Positions 10,168 through 20,030 are shown, counted from the stretch's first letter. The stretch: DNA of 32,000 bases from an uncultured Alphaproteobacteria bacterium (GCA_964369315.1 CAYJEJ010000002.1:102184-134183); one strand, 5' to 3'. The notes: generated by a model not told the origin, from the sequence alone. Numbers and translations: made by a program.

Positions 10168-11003
10168 ACCTAGAAGAAGCAAAAAAAATCATTATCCAGT
10201 CTTATAAAGTCTTGGTTGATAAAGGTGTGGTGCCAGAAAATTCTGAAGAATTAAAATCAGCCGTGAATTTTTGTTTGAAATCATTGAATAGGGGCGATGT
10301 AAGAATAGCAGAGCCAGACGAAAATCTGAATAAATGGGTTGTTAATGAATATCTGAAACAGGCGATATTATTATACTTCAGAATGAACAACAATAAATTG
10401 CTGAATTTCGAACATTATACCTGTTGGGACAAGGTTCCATTAAAAACACATGACTGGACTGGTGCAGACTTCGAAAAAGCTGGGATAAGATTGGTTCCTG
10501 GGTCGGTGGTGAGATATGGCTCTTTTATCGGTAAATCTGCTGTGATTATGCCAAGTTTTATTAATATGGGAGCCTATGTGGGGAGCTCAACAATGGTTGA
10601 TACTTGGGCGACAATCGGCTCTTGTGCACAAATTGGGCAAAATTGTCATATATCTGACGGCGTTACAATTGGCGGCGTGCTTGAGCCTGTTCAGGCTTCA
10701 CCTGTGATTGTGGAGGATAATTGTTTTATCGGTGCGAGGTCTAGCATTTCAGAGGGGGTTCGTGTCGGTAAAGGAAGCGTGATTGCTTCGGGGGTTTCAT
10801 TAAGTGCATCAACAAAAATTGTTGACCGTGAGACAGGAGGCGTGTCTTATGGGATTGTTCCGCCGTATTCAGTCGTTGTTTCTGGTAGTATGCTAAGCCC
10901 TAGTGAAAAGATTGATAATATAAGTGTTTATTGTGCTGTAATCGTAAAAAAAGTTGATGAATCAACCAGAGCAAAAACATCCATCAATGAGCTTCTTAGA
11001 TGA
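10164..11003 (+). CDS. dapD: 2,3,4,5-tetrahydropyridine-2,6-dicarboxylate N-succinyltransferase
   Basis: 279 aa; left-handed beta-helix hexapeptides; PSFINMGAYVGSSTMVDTWATIGSCAQIGQNCHISDGVTIGGVLEP; ATGA overlap with engB. Confidence 0.95.
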   Translation: MNLEEAKKIIIQSYKVLVDKGVVPENSEELKSAVNFCLKSLNRGDVRIAEPDENLNKWVVNEYLKQAILLYFRMNNNKLLNFEHYTCWDKVPLKTHDWTGADFEKAGIRLVPGSVVRYGSFIGKSAVIMPSFINMGAYVGSSTMVDTWATIGSCAQIGQNCHISDGVTIGGVLEPVQASPVIVEDNCFIGARSSISEGVRVGKGSVIASGVSLSASTKIVDRETGGVSYGIVPPYSVVVSGSMLSPSEKIDNISVYCAVIVKKVDESTRAKTSINELLR

Positions 11004-12235
11004 AACATTCTAAGTTGTGGAATAAGCAACTTAGCGTAATATTTTTTGGAAATGTCCTAGAATTTTATAACTTTTCTTTGTTCGCGATGTTGGGTGTGCG
11101 TTTGGGGGGTATATTTTTCCCGAATATGAATGAATGGGCGTATTACCTATTATTTGCAGCAGGCTTTATACTCAGACCAGTTGGTGGTGTGTTGTTTGGT
11201 GTTTTTGGGGATATTTTTGGTAGAAAAAAATCTATAATAACATCAAATTGTCTTTTGTCGTGTTCAACAACTATTATTGCCTTTTTGCCAGAAAATGGTG
11301 GGTTTTTAATATTTTCTCAAATTATTTTAATAATTTGTCGTGTAATACAGGGGGTGAGTATTAATGGAGAGTATACTAATTCGGCTGTTTTTATATTAGA
11401 GAAAAAAAACATTAATAAAACATATGCTAGCTTTATGTTGACAGCATCAACGAGTATAGGGGCATTTTTAGCTTTAATCGCTGGATATATTGATAAAAAT
11501 TTTCATCAATATATTTGTTGGCGAATGTGGTTTTTTATTGGTGGGGTTGGGTCTTTTTTTTATTTGTATTTGAGGTTATCTAAAATTGATGAACAATCAA
11601 ACCAGTATTATAATCAAGGTGTTAGATTTTCGTCTGATTTTTTAAGTTTGTTGACATCTTTTAAAAAATATTATTTAAGTTTATTTCTTGTAATTGGTAT
11701 AGGGGCGTTTTCTAATGCTGTTGCGTACTCAATTATAATTAATATTGATATTTTCGTTTTAGGAGATAGCCTTTTTAAAGAAGTCATCAAATTTTTGATA
11801 ATCTTGTTACCGTTAATAATTTATCTTGTCTTAGGGGGAAAAATCTCCAGATATAGTCCAGAAAAGATAATGACCTTTGTTTGTGTCGCAGGCGTTATGC
11901 TCATTTATCCCTCAATGATTTTGCTTAATCAAGAAAGCAATATCTTGGCTTTGTTAGGGACATTTATTATTATTTTAACCAGCGGCACAATTAGTGGTCC
12001 ATCGAAGGCTGTGTATAGCAAATTGTTTCCTCAAGAATGTAGGTGTACTGGTGTAGCAATTGGCAAGGGGATGTGCGGTCTGATTTTTGGTGGGCTGTCG
12101 CCAATAATCAATGCATTAATCAGCAAGTATACATCCTTTTATTTCATAGCGTTATACTTTCTGGGATGTGCGATTATCTCTCTAATAAGTTTGATTTGTG
12201 CACGCTCTTTGTTTAAAAAGAGACTCCTCGATTGA
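11000..12235 (+). CDS. MFS transporter, metabolite:H+ symporter (MHS/ProP-like) type
   Basis: About 12 hydrophobic segments; RPVGGVLFGVFGDIFGRKKS motif, RVIQGVSINGEY; overlaps dapD stop by 4 nt (ATGA). Confidence 0.85.
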   Translation: MKHSKLWNKQLSVIFFGNVLEFYNFSLFAMLGVRLGGIFFPNMNEWAYYLLFAAGFILRPVGGVLFGVFGDIFGRKKSIITSNCLLSCSTTIIAFLPENGGFLIFSQIILIICRVIQGVSINGEYTNSAVFILEKKNINKTYASFMLTASTSIGAFLALIAGYIDKNFHQYICWRMWFFIGGVGSFFYLYLRLSKIDEQSNQYYNQGVRFSSDFLSLLTSFKKYYLSLFLVIGIGAFSNAVAYSIIINIDIFVLGDSLFKEVIKFLIILLPLIIYLVLGGKISRYSPEKIMTFVCVAGVMLIYPSMILLNQESNILALLGTFIIILTSGTISGPSKAVYSKLFPQECRCTGVAIGKGMCGLIFGGLSPIINALISKYTSFYFIALYFLGCAIISLISLICARSLFKKRLLD

Positions 12236-12410
12236 AGCTGGCTGTGTTCTGGCAGTTAAAAAACAGCACAAAGACCCACCAGAGTTAACTGCGGAGCAAC
12301 AAAACACCCCCCCCACTTATCAAGCATCGATAAATCAAATGGTAACGAAATTCACCAAGCAAAGCTTAACAAGTATTATAAGCCAAAAACCTTAAAAAAG
12401 CTAACGTAAA

Positions 12411-12881
12411 CTAAGACATAAATGAAAAAGCGGCAATGTTCTTTGACCAGACCCTTTCAAGTGACTTAAGCTGAGAAGACGTCTCGTTCAAAAGCGAGTC
12501 TTTCAAACCCTCTTTTTCAAGTTTATCGATATGTTTGTTCATAACCTTGTCGATAAAATTGAAAAAATCCATACCCTTTTTCGGAGAAAGGCTTACTATA
12601 GTAGAACGCTTGTCATGTGGTGAGGTTTCTTGCATCAAAAAGCCATTTTCAACCATCTTTCTTATGTTATAAGACACGTTCGAGCCAAGATAGTATCCTC
12701 TGTTGGTCAGCTCGCCCACAGAAATACGACCTTCACCAATATTATACAGAATTAAAGCCTGTATGTTATTGATGTCATAAATCGCTGCATCCTCAAGCTC
12801 GACCTTTATGTTTTCTAAAAACAATCTGTGCAAACGCTCTATTAAAAAAACAATTTCTAAGTAGACGTCTTTAGAGTCCAT
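12411..12881 (-). CDS. MarR-family winged-helix regulator, LdtR-like
   Basis: IYDINNIQALILYNIGEGRISVGELTNRGYYLGSNVSYNIRKMVENGFL resembles the alphaproteobacterial LdtR/MarR group. Confidence 0.85.
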   Translation of the reverse strand: MDSKDVYLEIVFLIERLHRLFLENIKVELEDAAIYDINNIQALILYNIGEGRISVGELTNRGYYLGSNVSYNIRKMVENGFLMQETSPHDKRSTIVSLSPKKGMDFFNFIDKVMNKHIDKLEKEGLKDSLLNETSSQLKSLERVWSKNIAAFSFMS

Positions 12882-13045
12882 TTAAACGCTCCAAAATATA
12901 AAACTCTCAACTAAACAATCGTAACACAAAAAACACTTTTATAAAGAAAAATTTTAATAAAAATTTCTTTAGAAGTTTTTGATTTGTATAATAACAAGGA
13001 TTGTGGATAATATTTTTTGAATTATTATTTTTTTAGGGATAAGCA

Positions 13046-13873
13046 TTGATTGAGCGTTCTTTTCGTCGTATAGCCATTATTTGCGGAAGTGGGGATGTCG
13101 CACAAAGGTGCGTTTTGAGTTGTTTTGCTAAGAATGAACTTGCATGTGTTGTTGCGATTAAAGGTGACTGCGAGGTCAATGACTTCCCGTGCCCATTTAT
13201 TCAAATCAGTCTTGGTAAGGTTGGTGAAGCGTTGAGATTTATGAAGAGCCATGATGCCACTCATGTTTTGTTAATTGGAGGGGTCAAGAGACCTAGCCTA
13301 GCTAATTTACAGGTCGATTCGGTCGGGAAGCAGTGGATGATGAAGCTGGGTTTTTCAGCTTTATTAGGGGATGATGGTCTTTTGAAAGGGTTGGCGAAAT
13401 TATTTTCTCAAGAGGGGTTTAGCGTCTTGGGGGCGGATGATGTTTTATGCGATGGTTCTAACTCAAGCCTATTAAAAACAAAAGTTTCGCCTGATGAAAC
13501 GGCGTTATTTGATATTAAACGTGGTTTTGAGGTGGCAAAAATTATCGGTCAAGCTGATGTCGGTCAAAGCGTGATTGTGCAGCAAGGGGTCGTTCTGGGG
13601 GTTGAGGCTAAAGAAGGCACAGACGCATTGATAAAGCGTTGCCATGAGCTGAGGCTTGAGGGTCTTGGTGGGGTTTTGATAAAAACGTCGAAGCCAAATC
13701 AAGATATGCGTTTAGATATGCCAGTTATTGGCATTGAAACGGTGAAAAACGCCTCGATTTATGGTTTGCGAGGCATAGCAATAGAGTGCGGAAAGGTTTT
13801 GGTGTCACAGCCGAAAGAAATTGTTGAAGAAGCAAACAAATTGGGTTTGTTTTTGTTTTCTATTAATTCATAA
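13046..13873 (+). CDS. lpxI: UDP-2,3-diacylglucosamine pyrophosphatase LpxI
   Basis: IICGSGDVAQRC, THVLLIGGVKRPSL, LGDDGLLKGL, VLGVEAKEGTDALIKRC, KPNQDMRLDMPVIG; adjacent to lpxB; TTG start. Confidence 0.9.
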   Translation: MIERSFRRIAIICGSGDVAQRCVLSCFAKNELACVVAIKGDCEVNDFPCPFIQISLGKVGEALRFMKSHDATHVLLIGGVKRPSLANLQVDSVGKQWMMKLGFSALLGDDGLLKGLAKLFSQEGFSVLGADDVLCDGSNSSLLKTKVSPDETALFDIKRGFEVAKIIGQADVGQSVIVQQGVVLGVEAKEGTDALIKRCHELRLEGLGGVLIKTSKPNQDMRLDMPVIGIETVKNASIYGLRGIAIECGKVLVSQPKEIVEEANKLGLFLFSINS

Positions 13874-13892
13874 ATTTAAAAAGTTAAAAACA

Positions 13893-15059
13893 GTGTCTAA
13901 AAAAATTTTTTTAATTGCAGGCGAGGTCTCTGGAGATTTGATTGGTGCGAGGCTAATAAGGTCAATTAGTGAACTAGATAGTTCAATAAAATTTTTGGGC
14001 GTTGGTGGGGAAAACATGAAAAATGCTGGAATGGAGCAAATTTTCCCACTAAAAAGCGTGGCGGCAATCGGTATCGTTGAGGTGTTGTCCAAGGCAACAT
14101 CGCTTTTAAGGAAAGTCGATGAGGTTGTTGAGAATATTATTAAGAGCAGAGCTGATGTTGTTGTAACAATAGATTTTTCAGGTTTTAATGACCGCGTTGC
14201 AAAAAAACTTAAAAAAATGGGTTTCAATATTCCAATCATTCGTTATGTCGCACCGCCAGTTTGGGCTTGGAGGGGGTGGCGTGTCAAGAAAATGAAGAAC
14301 TTTCTAGACTTAGTCCTGACTTTATTTAAATTTGAGGTTCCTATTTTTGAAAAACATGGGTTGAGGGGAGTTTTTGTTGGTCATTCGGTTGTTGAGGACG
14401 AAAATTTGAAAACACCGAGTGCTGGCGAAATTGAAGATTTTTTAAATAGGAATAATTTCCATCCTAACAATCCTATCGTCTGTGTTTTTCCAGGTTCTAG
14501 AAAAACAGAAATCTTAAAACATACAAAGATTTTTCTGGAAGCTATGGATTTGTTGGTTAAGAAAATACCCGATATTCAGATATATATCCCAACATTTGAG
14601 GAAAATGTTCATTTTATAAAACACATAATCAGCAATAAAGATTTTATATCTGTGGGTGTTAGCCCAAAGGACAAGGGGGTTGCAATGCATCTTGCCGATG
14701 GTGCTCTTGCCGCTTCGGGCAGCGTTGCACTGGAGCTGGCATTAACAAAAACGCCAATGTTGATTGCATATAAAGTGAACTGTATCACTGCTTTTATTAT
14801 AAAAAAATTAATAAAGGTTGAAAGTGTCAATTTAGTAAACATCTTGTTGAAAGAAAATATTATCCCTGAATTCTTGCAAAACAGGTGTCAACCACAGGGA
14901 CTTTGCGATGCGATGGTAAATTTGTTGAATAATCGACAATCTCAGCTTAAACAATTGTCTGCATTTGAAAAGGTAATCCCGTTTTTGCAGTGTGAAGATG
15001 GCGTAAAGCCCAGTCAAAAAGCTGCTTCTGAGGTGGTTTTGTTAATGAATGGTCGTTAA
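13893..15059 (+). CDS. lpxB: Lipid-A-disaccharide synthase
   Basis: KKIFLIAGEVSGDLIGARLI, DFSGFNDRVAKKLK, YVAPPVWAWRGWR, FPGSRKTEI; GTG start at 13893 fits the conserved N-terminus better than the 13821 start. Confidence 0.95.
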   Translation: MSKKIFLIAGEVSGDLIGARLIRSISELDSSIKFLGVGGENMKNAGMEQIFPLKSVAAIGIVEVLSKATSLLRKVDEVVENIIKSRADVVVTIDFSGFNDRVAKKLKKMGFNIPIIRYVAPPVWAWRGWRVKKMKNFLDLVLTLFKFEVPIFEKHGLRGVFVGHSVVEDENLKTPSAGEIEDFLNRNNFHPNNPIVCVFPGSRKTEILKHTKIFLEAMDLLVKKIPDIQIYIPTFEENVHFIKHIISNKDFISVGVSPKDKGVAMHLADGALAASGSVALELALTKTPMLIAYKVNCITAFIIKKLIKVESVNLVNILLKENIIPEFLQNRCQPQGLCDAMVNLLNNRQSQLKQLSAFEKVIPFLQCEDGVKPSQKAASEVVLLMNGR

Positions 15060-15127
15060 TATAAAATCATGAATGTGATGAGAGTTGGCTTTGTTGGTTT
15101 GTTTTTTAATTAATACTTGAGGTAAAG

Positions 15128-15952
15128 TTGATAATAAATAATCCCTTAAAGAATGCTAGAGAACGCGGGATATTGATTGCCTCACATCGTGGGACTTTTG
15201 GAGGAAATATCATCCAAAACACCATTCCAGCGTTTGAGAATGCTTTGTTGCATGGTGCGGATATTATAGAGTTGGATGTTGTAAAATCGATAGATGGAGT
15301 TTTTTGTTGTTTTCATGAGAATCAAGAGTCCAATCTTTTAAAGATAAATGAACAAATAACTCAAATGACCAGTGCACAAATATTAAGTCATAGCCTGTTT
15401 AATAACATAAATGAAATTACAAATCAAAAAATCAACACCTTAGATGAAATCTTAGAGCATTTTAAGGGGAGGTGTCTGATTAATATAGATAAAAGTTGGC
15501 AATATTGGTCAGAGATTATTAAGTGTTTGGGTAAACATAATATGTATGACCAAATTATTTTAAAAAGTCCTCCAAAAACAGAGTTTTTAAAAATGTTGGA
15601 AGATTATAGAGCCCGAATTATGTACATGCCAATAATAAATCAATCTAAGCAAATAGATTTAACCTTATCTTATAAAACAAATATTGTCGCTGTTGAAGTT
15701 TTGTTTGATTCTGATGGGTCAGAGCTGGCTCAAAAAGAATTTATCGAAAAAATCCACGAGCGAAACCTGTTTTTATGGGTTAACGCAATCAGGCTCAATG
15801 ATAAGCTTCTTTTAAGTGGTGGTCATGATGATAACCAAGCCATTATAAATAGCATGGATAATAGCTGGGGATGGCTAATAAAACAGGGGTTTGATATTAT
15901 ACAAACTGATTGGGTTGCTTTGCTTAAGCAATATATCCGCCGTAATTCTTAA
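15128..15952 (+). CDS. Glycerophosphodiester phosphodiesterase-family protein
   Basis: IASHRGTFGGNIIQNTIPAFENALLHGADIIELDVVKSIDGVFCCFHE (GDPD HRG/ENT/E-D motifs). Confidence 0.83.
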   Translation: MIINNPLKNARERGILIASHRGTFGGNIIQNTIPAFENALLHGADIIELDVVKSIDGVFCCFHENQESNLLKINEQITQMTSAQILSHSLFNNINEITNQKINTLDEILEHFKGRCLINIDKSWQYWSEIIKCLGKHNMYDQIILKSPPKTEFLKMLEDYRARIMYMPIINQSKQIDLTLSYKTNIVAVEVLFDSDGSELAQKEFIEKIHERNLFLWVNAIRLNDKLLLSGGHDDNQAIINSMDNSWGWLIKQGFDIIQTDWVALLKQYIRRNS

Positions 15953-15955
15953 GCT

Positions 15956-16579
15956 TCAATGGGAAAAAATATAAGATGGGTTTATGCCTTTGATGTCCAT
16001 TTTTATTATCGAGTCTAGGGCGTTAATCGAGTCTTGAAAAAGAGATACGCGACCTTCTCGCATTAGAACCTTTTCCAGCTCGTTTTTCAGTTTATGCAGG
16101 TGGATAACGTCTGTAATCGCATAGTTTAATTGAGCGGGTGAAAGATTGCTTGCCCCCCAGTCAGAGGTTTGCTCTTGTTTACAGAGTTCTATGTTTAAAA
16201 GGTCTTGACACAGGTCCTTGAGCCCATGTTTGCTGGTAAAAGTTCGGGCAATTTTAGAGGCAACCTTAGTGCAAAAAATGTTTTTGATATCAACTTCGAA
16301 GGTTTTACTCAATAAAGCAGCGTCAAACCTAGCGAAATGGAATATTTTTAATATTTTGCTGGATGATAATGCCTGAATTAAGTTCGGTGCAGGGTTTGTT
16401 GGGTTATTTATTTTAATAATGGCGTATTTACCAAGCTCGGTAGCAATTTGTATTAAGCATAATCTATCATTGTGAATATTTAGCCCCATTGCCTCGGTAT
16501 CAACAGCTATTTGTGAGCCTAGGGGGAAATTTTCTGGAAGGTCATCGTTGAAAAGGTCAATGCAAGGCTTGTTAGTCAT
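15956..16579 (-). CDS. Ribonuclease D-like 3'-5' exonuclease (short form, no HRDC)
   Basis: IAVDTEAMGLNIHNDRLCLIQIA (DEDD Exo I), KIFHFARFDAALL, LKDLCQDLL, QLNYAITDVIHLHKL. Confidence 0.88.
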   Translation of the reverse strand: MTNKPCIDLFNDDLPENFPLGSQIAVDTEAMGLNIHNDRLCLIQIATELGKYAIIKINNPTNPAPNLIQALSSSKILKIFHFARFDAALLSKTFEVDIKNIFCTKVASKIARTFTSKHGLKDLCQDLLNIELCKQEQTSDWGASNLSPAQLNYAITDVIHLHKLKNELEKVLMREGRVSLFQDSINALDSIIKMDIKGINPSYIFSH

Positions 16580-16614
16580 AGTTTCTTATAAATTAAAACA
16601 ATAAAACACGGCTC

Positions 16615-16701
16615 TGGTGCCCGAAAGAAGACTCGAACTTCCACCTGCTAATGCAGATTAGGACCTGAACCTAACGCGTCTACCAGTTCCGCCATTCGGG
16701 C
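16615..16701 (-). tRNA. tRNA-Leu, anticodon CAG
   Basis: - strand GCCCGAA acceptor pairs with TTCGGGC; stem TTAGG / loop TTCAGGT / stem CCTAA gives CAG; long variable arm; encoded CCA. Confidence 0.95.
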
Positions 16702-16854
16702 TTAGCACGAAGTATAACATCAAATATATTTTAATAAAATAATTTTTATAATTATGATTAATCAGTTATTGTGGTGTTAGTTATTGTGTAGTAGCATTAT
16801 GTGTGTTTACAAATTGGTTTGTTTTGAATACACTCGCTGCTTGAGTGATTGTAT

Positions 16855-16931
16855 AGGGACGTAGCTCAATTGGCTAGAGTGGCGGTCTCCAAAACCGTAG
16901 GTTGTGGGTTCGAGTCCCTCCGTCCCTGCCA
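16855..16931 (+). tRNA. tRNA-Trp, anticodon CCA
   Basis: AGGGACG...CGTCCCT acceptor; anticodon loop CTCCAAA; GGTTCGAGTCC T-arm; encoded CCA; directly before secE. Confidence 0.95.
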
Positions 16932-16971
16932 TGTTATTTGTTTTGAGTATTGGATTAGTTAGAAAATAATT

Positions 16972-17166
16972 ATGAATTTTAATCCCGCAAAATTTGTCAG
17001 AGAGGTGCGTTCAGAAGTTGGACGTGTTGCTTGGCCTAGTAAACAGGAAACTGTTTCGACGACCTTGGGTGTGTTTGTCATGGTCTTTGTTGCGATGTTG
17101 TTTTTTATGGCTTCTGATTTTGTGATATATAACCTCATAAAAAATATAATAGGTGTGGGGGTATAA
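16972..17166 (+). CDS. secE: Preprotein translocase subunit SecE
   Basis: 64 aa; FVREVRSEVGRVAWPSKQETVSTT plus one TM helix; position between tRNA-Trp and nusG. Confidence 0.95.
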   Translation: MNFNPAKFVREVRSEVGRVAWPSKQETVSTTLGVFVMVFVAMLFFMASDFVIYNLIKNIIGVGV

Positions 17167-17171
17167 TACAT

Positions 17172-17702
17172 ATGTCAATGCGTTGGTATGTTCTCAATGT
17201 TTACTCTGGCTTTGAAAAAAAAGTTGTTGAGGGGATTGGTGAGCGAGCCAAAAGTAAGGGATTAGAGGCTTTTTTTGGGAGAATGCTCGTTCCTTCTGAA
17301 GATGTGGTTGAGGTTAAGCGTGGGGTTAAAAAGACATCTGAAAAATGTTTTTACCCAGGTTATATTCTCATTGAGATGAACATGAATGATGAGAGCTGGT
17401 ATCTGGTGAAAACAGTGCCACGCGTTGGTGAATTTTTGGGGTCAAAGTCGAAACCATCGCCTATTTCTGAATCTGAAGTTAATAAAATCATTAACCGTAT
17501 GGAAGAAAGCGTTTCTAACCCAAGGAGCACAATTGTGTTTGAGGTTGGTGAAAGAATAAAAGTTTCTGAAGGACCTTTTACAACGTTTAATGGTATTGTT
17601 GAAGATGTTGACTTAGAAAAAGAAAGGTTAAAGGTCTCGGTCTCTATTTTTGGACGACCAACGAATGTTGACCTTGGTTTTGCTCAAGTTGAAAAGATTT
17701 AG
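17172..17702 (+). CDS. nusG: Transcription termination/antitermination factor NusG
   Basis: WYVLNVYSGFEKKV, YPGYILIEM, VGEFLG, KOW segment GERIKVSEGPFTTFNGIVEDVD. Confidence 0.97.
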   Translation: MSMRWYVLNVYSGFEKKVVEGIGERAKSKGLEAFFGRMLVPSEDVVEVKRGVKKTSEKCFYPGYILIEMNMNDESWYLVKTVPRVGEFLGSKSKPSPISESEVNKIINRMEESVSNPRSTIVFEVGERIKVSEGPFTTFNGIVEDVDLEKERLKVSVSIFGRPTNVDLGFAQVEKI

Positions 17703-17791
17703 GTTTTTGGTTCCAATTGTTATTGCAAATTCTTAAACATTATGATAAAGAATTTCTGAGTTTGCTTTTCGTGTTTGAAGGATGTTTTTAA

Positions 17792-18220
17792 ATGGCTAAG
17801 AAAATTGTTGGTTATATCAAGTTGCAAATTCCAGCTGGGAAGGCTAATCCTTCACCGCCTGTTGGTCCTGCTTTGGGGCAACGTGGTTTGAACATTATGG
17901 AGTTTTGTAAAGCGTTCAATGCACAGACTCAGAATATGGAGGCTGGTATGCCTATTCCTGTGGTTATAACGGCTTACGCTGATAAAACATTTTCTTTTGT
18001 GATGAAAACTCCACCAGTGTCATATTTTTTGAAAAAATTCGCTAATCTTTCTAAGGGCTCGAGCAATCCAGGTCGAGGTTTTGTGGGGCGAATCACATTG
18101 GAGCAAATTAGGGAAATCGCTCGTATAAAAAAAGTTGACCTGAACTCGAATGATGAAGAGGCAGCTATGCGTATGATTGAAGGTTCAGCTAGGTCAATGA
18201 GCTTGGAGGTTGTTGAATAG
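17792..18220 (+). CDS. rplK: 50S ribosomal protein L11
   Basis: [38 protein letters not shown]. Confidence 0.98.
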   Translation: MAKKIVGYIKLQIPAGKANPSPPVGPALGQRGLNIMEFCKAFNAQTQNMEAGMPIPVVITAYADKTFSFVMKTPPVSYFLKKFANLSKGSSNPGRGFVGRITLEQIREIARIKKVDLNSNDEEAAMRMIEGSARSMSLEVVE

Positions 18221-18221
18221 T

Positions 18222-18917
18222 ATGGCAAAAATTTGTAAAAGACTTAAGAAAATCAGGGAATCTGTCGACTTGGAAAAAGTCTATAGCATATCTGAAGCAG
18301 TTTCTCTTTTAAAGGCAAATTCTTCTTGTAAGTTTGATGAAACAGTTGATGTTTCTATAAATTTGAATGTTGACCCACGAAAGGCTGACCAGAACGTTAG
18401 GGGGATGGTTGCGATGCCATCTGGGACTGGAAAGGTTGTCAGAGTTGCGGTTTTTGCAAGGGGCGTTAAGGCTGATGAGGCGAAGGCTGCTGGTGCAGAT
18501 ATAGTTGGTGCGGAAGATTTGGCTGATGATATTTCTTCTGGGAATATAAATTTTGATGTTTGTATCGCTTCACCAGATATGATGGGTGTGGTTGGTAAAC
18601 TTGGTAAGGTTCTCGGGCCGAAAGGATTGATGCCTAATCCAAAGCTGGGGACTGTTGCACAGGATGTTGCCGCTGCTGTTAAGGCGTCAAAGGGTGGTCA
18701 GGTTGAGTATAAGCTAGAGAAAGCTGGCATAGTTCATGCTGGTTTGTGTAAGTTAAGCTTTGCTCAAGCTGCTATAGAAGATAATGTGAAGGCTTTTATC
18801 GGTGCTGTTTTGAAGGCAAAACCAGTGGCTGTTAAGGGTGTGTACTTGAAAAAGGCAACGATTTCGACTACCATGGGTGTTGGTTTGCGTGTGGATGTAA
18901 GTGGGGTTGTTGTTTAG
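18222..18917 (+). CDS. rplA: 50S ribosomal protein L1
   Basis: [40 protein letters not shown]; ATG at 18222 is preferred to the ORF start at 18210. Confidence 0.97.
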   Translation: MAKICKRLKKIRESVDLEKVYSISEAVSLLKANSSCKFDETVDVSINLNVDPRKADQNVRGMVAMPSGTGKVVRVAVFARGVKADEAKAAGADIVGAEDLADDISSGNINFDVCIASPDMMGVVGKLGKVLGPKGLMPNPKLGTVAQDVAAAVKASKGGQVEYKLEKAGIVHAGLCKLSFAQAAIEDNVKAFIGAVLKAKPVAVKGVYLKKATISTTMGVGLRVDVSGVVV

Positions 18918-18963
18918 GTAAAAGGTTTAATTTTAAAGATTTTTCCTTTTTGTTAAAAAGAAA

Positions 18964-19090
18964 TCTGTCTAAGACCGTTGGTTGCTTTTAGTGTAATATT
19001 TTTTCCAACGCAGATAGTGGGTTGTTTTTCCGTTATTGTTGTCTTAGCTGGTTTCCTCTGTATCGTGGTGAGAATAGAGGAGGGGTGTGT
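18964..19090 (+). promoter_or_regulatory. L10-leader-like cis-regulatory RNA upstream of rplJ
   Basis: CTAAGAC (18969-18975) complementary to GTCTTAG (19041-19047); CGTTGG (18976-18981) to CCAACG (19005-19010); CCTCT (19055-19059) to AGAGG (19076-19080) overlapping the purine-rich Shine-Dalgarno. Confidence 0.7.
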
Positions 19091-19600
19091 ATGGATCGTT
19101 TGGAAAAACAACAGTTTGTTGATAAGCTTAAGACGATGTTGTCTGATTCAAAGCTTGTTGTTTTAGTAAAATATACTGGGTTAACCGTTTCTGATGCTTC
19201 GAGGCTTAGGTCTAGGATGCGTGAGGAAGGTGCTTCTTATATTGTTTCAAAAAATACTTTGGCTCGTCGAGCTTTTTCTGAGACATCTTTTGAGCCTTTG
19301 CAAGATTATTTTAAAGGACAGACGGGGATTGCGTTTTCTGATTCTCCTGTTGCGGCTGCTAAGATTGCGGCTCAGTTCGTAAAAGATTTTGATGGGCGTT
19401 TTGAGATTGTGGCTGGCTGTATGGACGGGAAGTTGTTGTCGCTCGATGAGGTGAAGGTCTTGGCATCTTTGCCGTCGATGGACGAACTTCGTTCCAAGCT
19501 TGTTGGTGTTATTTGTGCTCCCGCACAAAAAATTGCTACTGTTTTGCAGGCTCCTGCTGGGCAGTTGGCGCGTGTTCTTGGTGCTTATTCTAGTAAGTAG
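19091..19600 (+). CDS. rplJ: 50S ribosomal protein L10
   Basis: MDRLEKQQFVDKLKTMLSDSKLVVLVKYTGLTVSDASRLRSRMREEGASYIVSKNTLARRA; ATG at 19091 behind GAGGAGGGG. Confidence 0.96.
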   Translation: MDRLEKQQFVDKLKTMLSDSKLVVLVKYTGLTVSDASRLRSRMREEGASYIVSKNTLARRAFSETSFEPLQDYFKGQTGIAFSDSPVAAAKIAAQFVKDFDGRFEIVAGCMDGKLLSLDEVKVLASLPSMDELRSKLVGVICAPAQKIATVLQAPAGQLARVLGAYSSK

Positions 19601-19630
19601 TGAATTTATTTTTTATAGAGGGGATATATT

Positions 19631-20005
19631 ATGGGTGCTGATTTAGATAAAATTGTTGATACACTTTCAAAGTTGACTGTGTTAGAGGCTGCTGAACTTA
19701 GTAAAAAACTTGAAGATGTCTGGGGTGTGAGTGCTGCGGCTCCTGTGGCTGTTGCAGTAGCTCCTGCGGCTTCTGGTGCTGCTGAGGAAGAAAAAACAGA
19801 GTTTAATGTTGTTTTGGCTGATGTTGGTGGCGAAAAAATTAAAGTCATCAAAGTTGTTCGTGAGATTACAGGATTAGGTTTGACAGAAGCTAAGGCTCTT
19901 GTTGAGTCTGCTCCTAAAGCTATCAAAGAAGGCGTGAGCAAGGAAGAAGCTGCTGAAATTAAGAAAAAAGTAGAAGAGGTCGGCGGTAAGGTTGAAGTAA
20001 AATAG
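19631..20005 (+). CDS. rplL: 50S ribosomal protein L7/L12
   Basis: [70 protein letters not shown]. Confidence 0.98.
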   Translation: MGADLDKIVDTLSKLTVLEAAELSKKLEDVWGVSAAAPVAVAVAPAASGAAEEEKTEFNVVLADVGGEKIKVIKVVREITGLGLTEAKALVESAPKAIKEGVSKEEAAEIKKKVEEVGGKVEVK

Positions 20006-20030
20006 CCTTGCGATACTGATTTTTGTTTTG

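Noticed and set aside
16831-16847. CACTC/GAGTG hairpin directly upstream of tRNA-Trp
   Set aside because: Only 5-bp arms in the presumed promoter/leader region; too short to claim a function.
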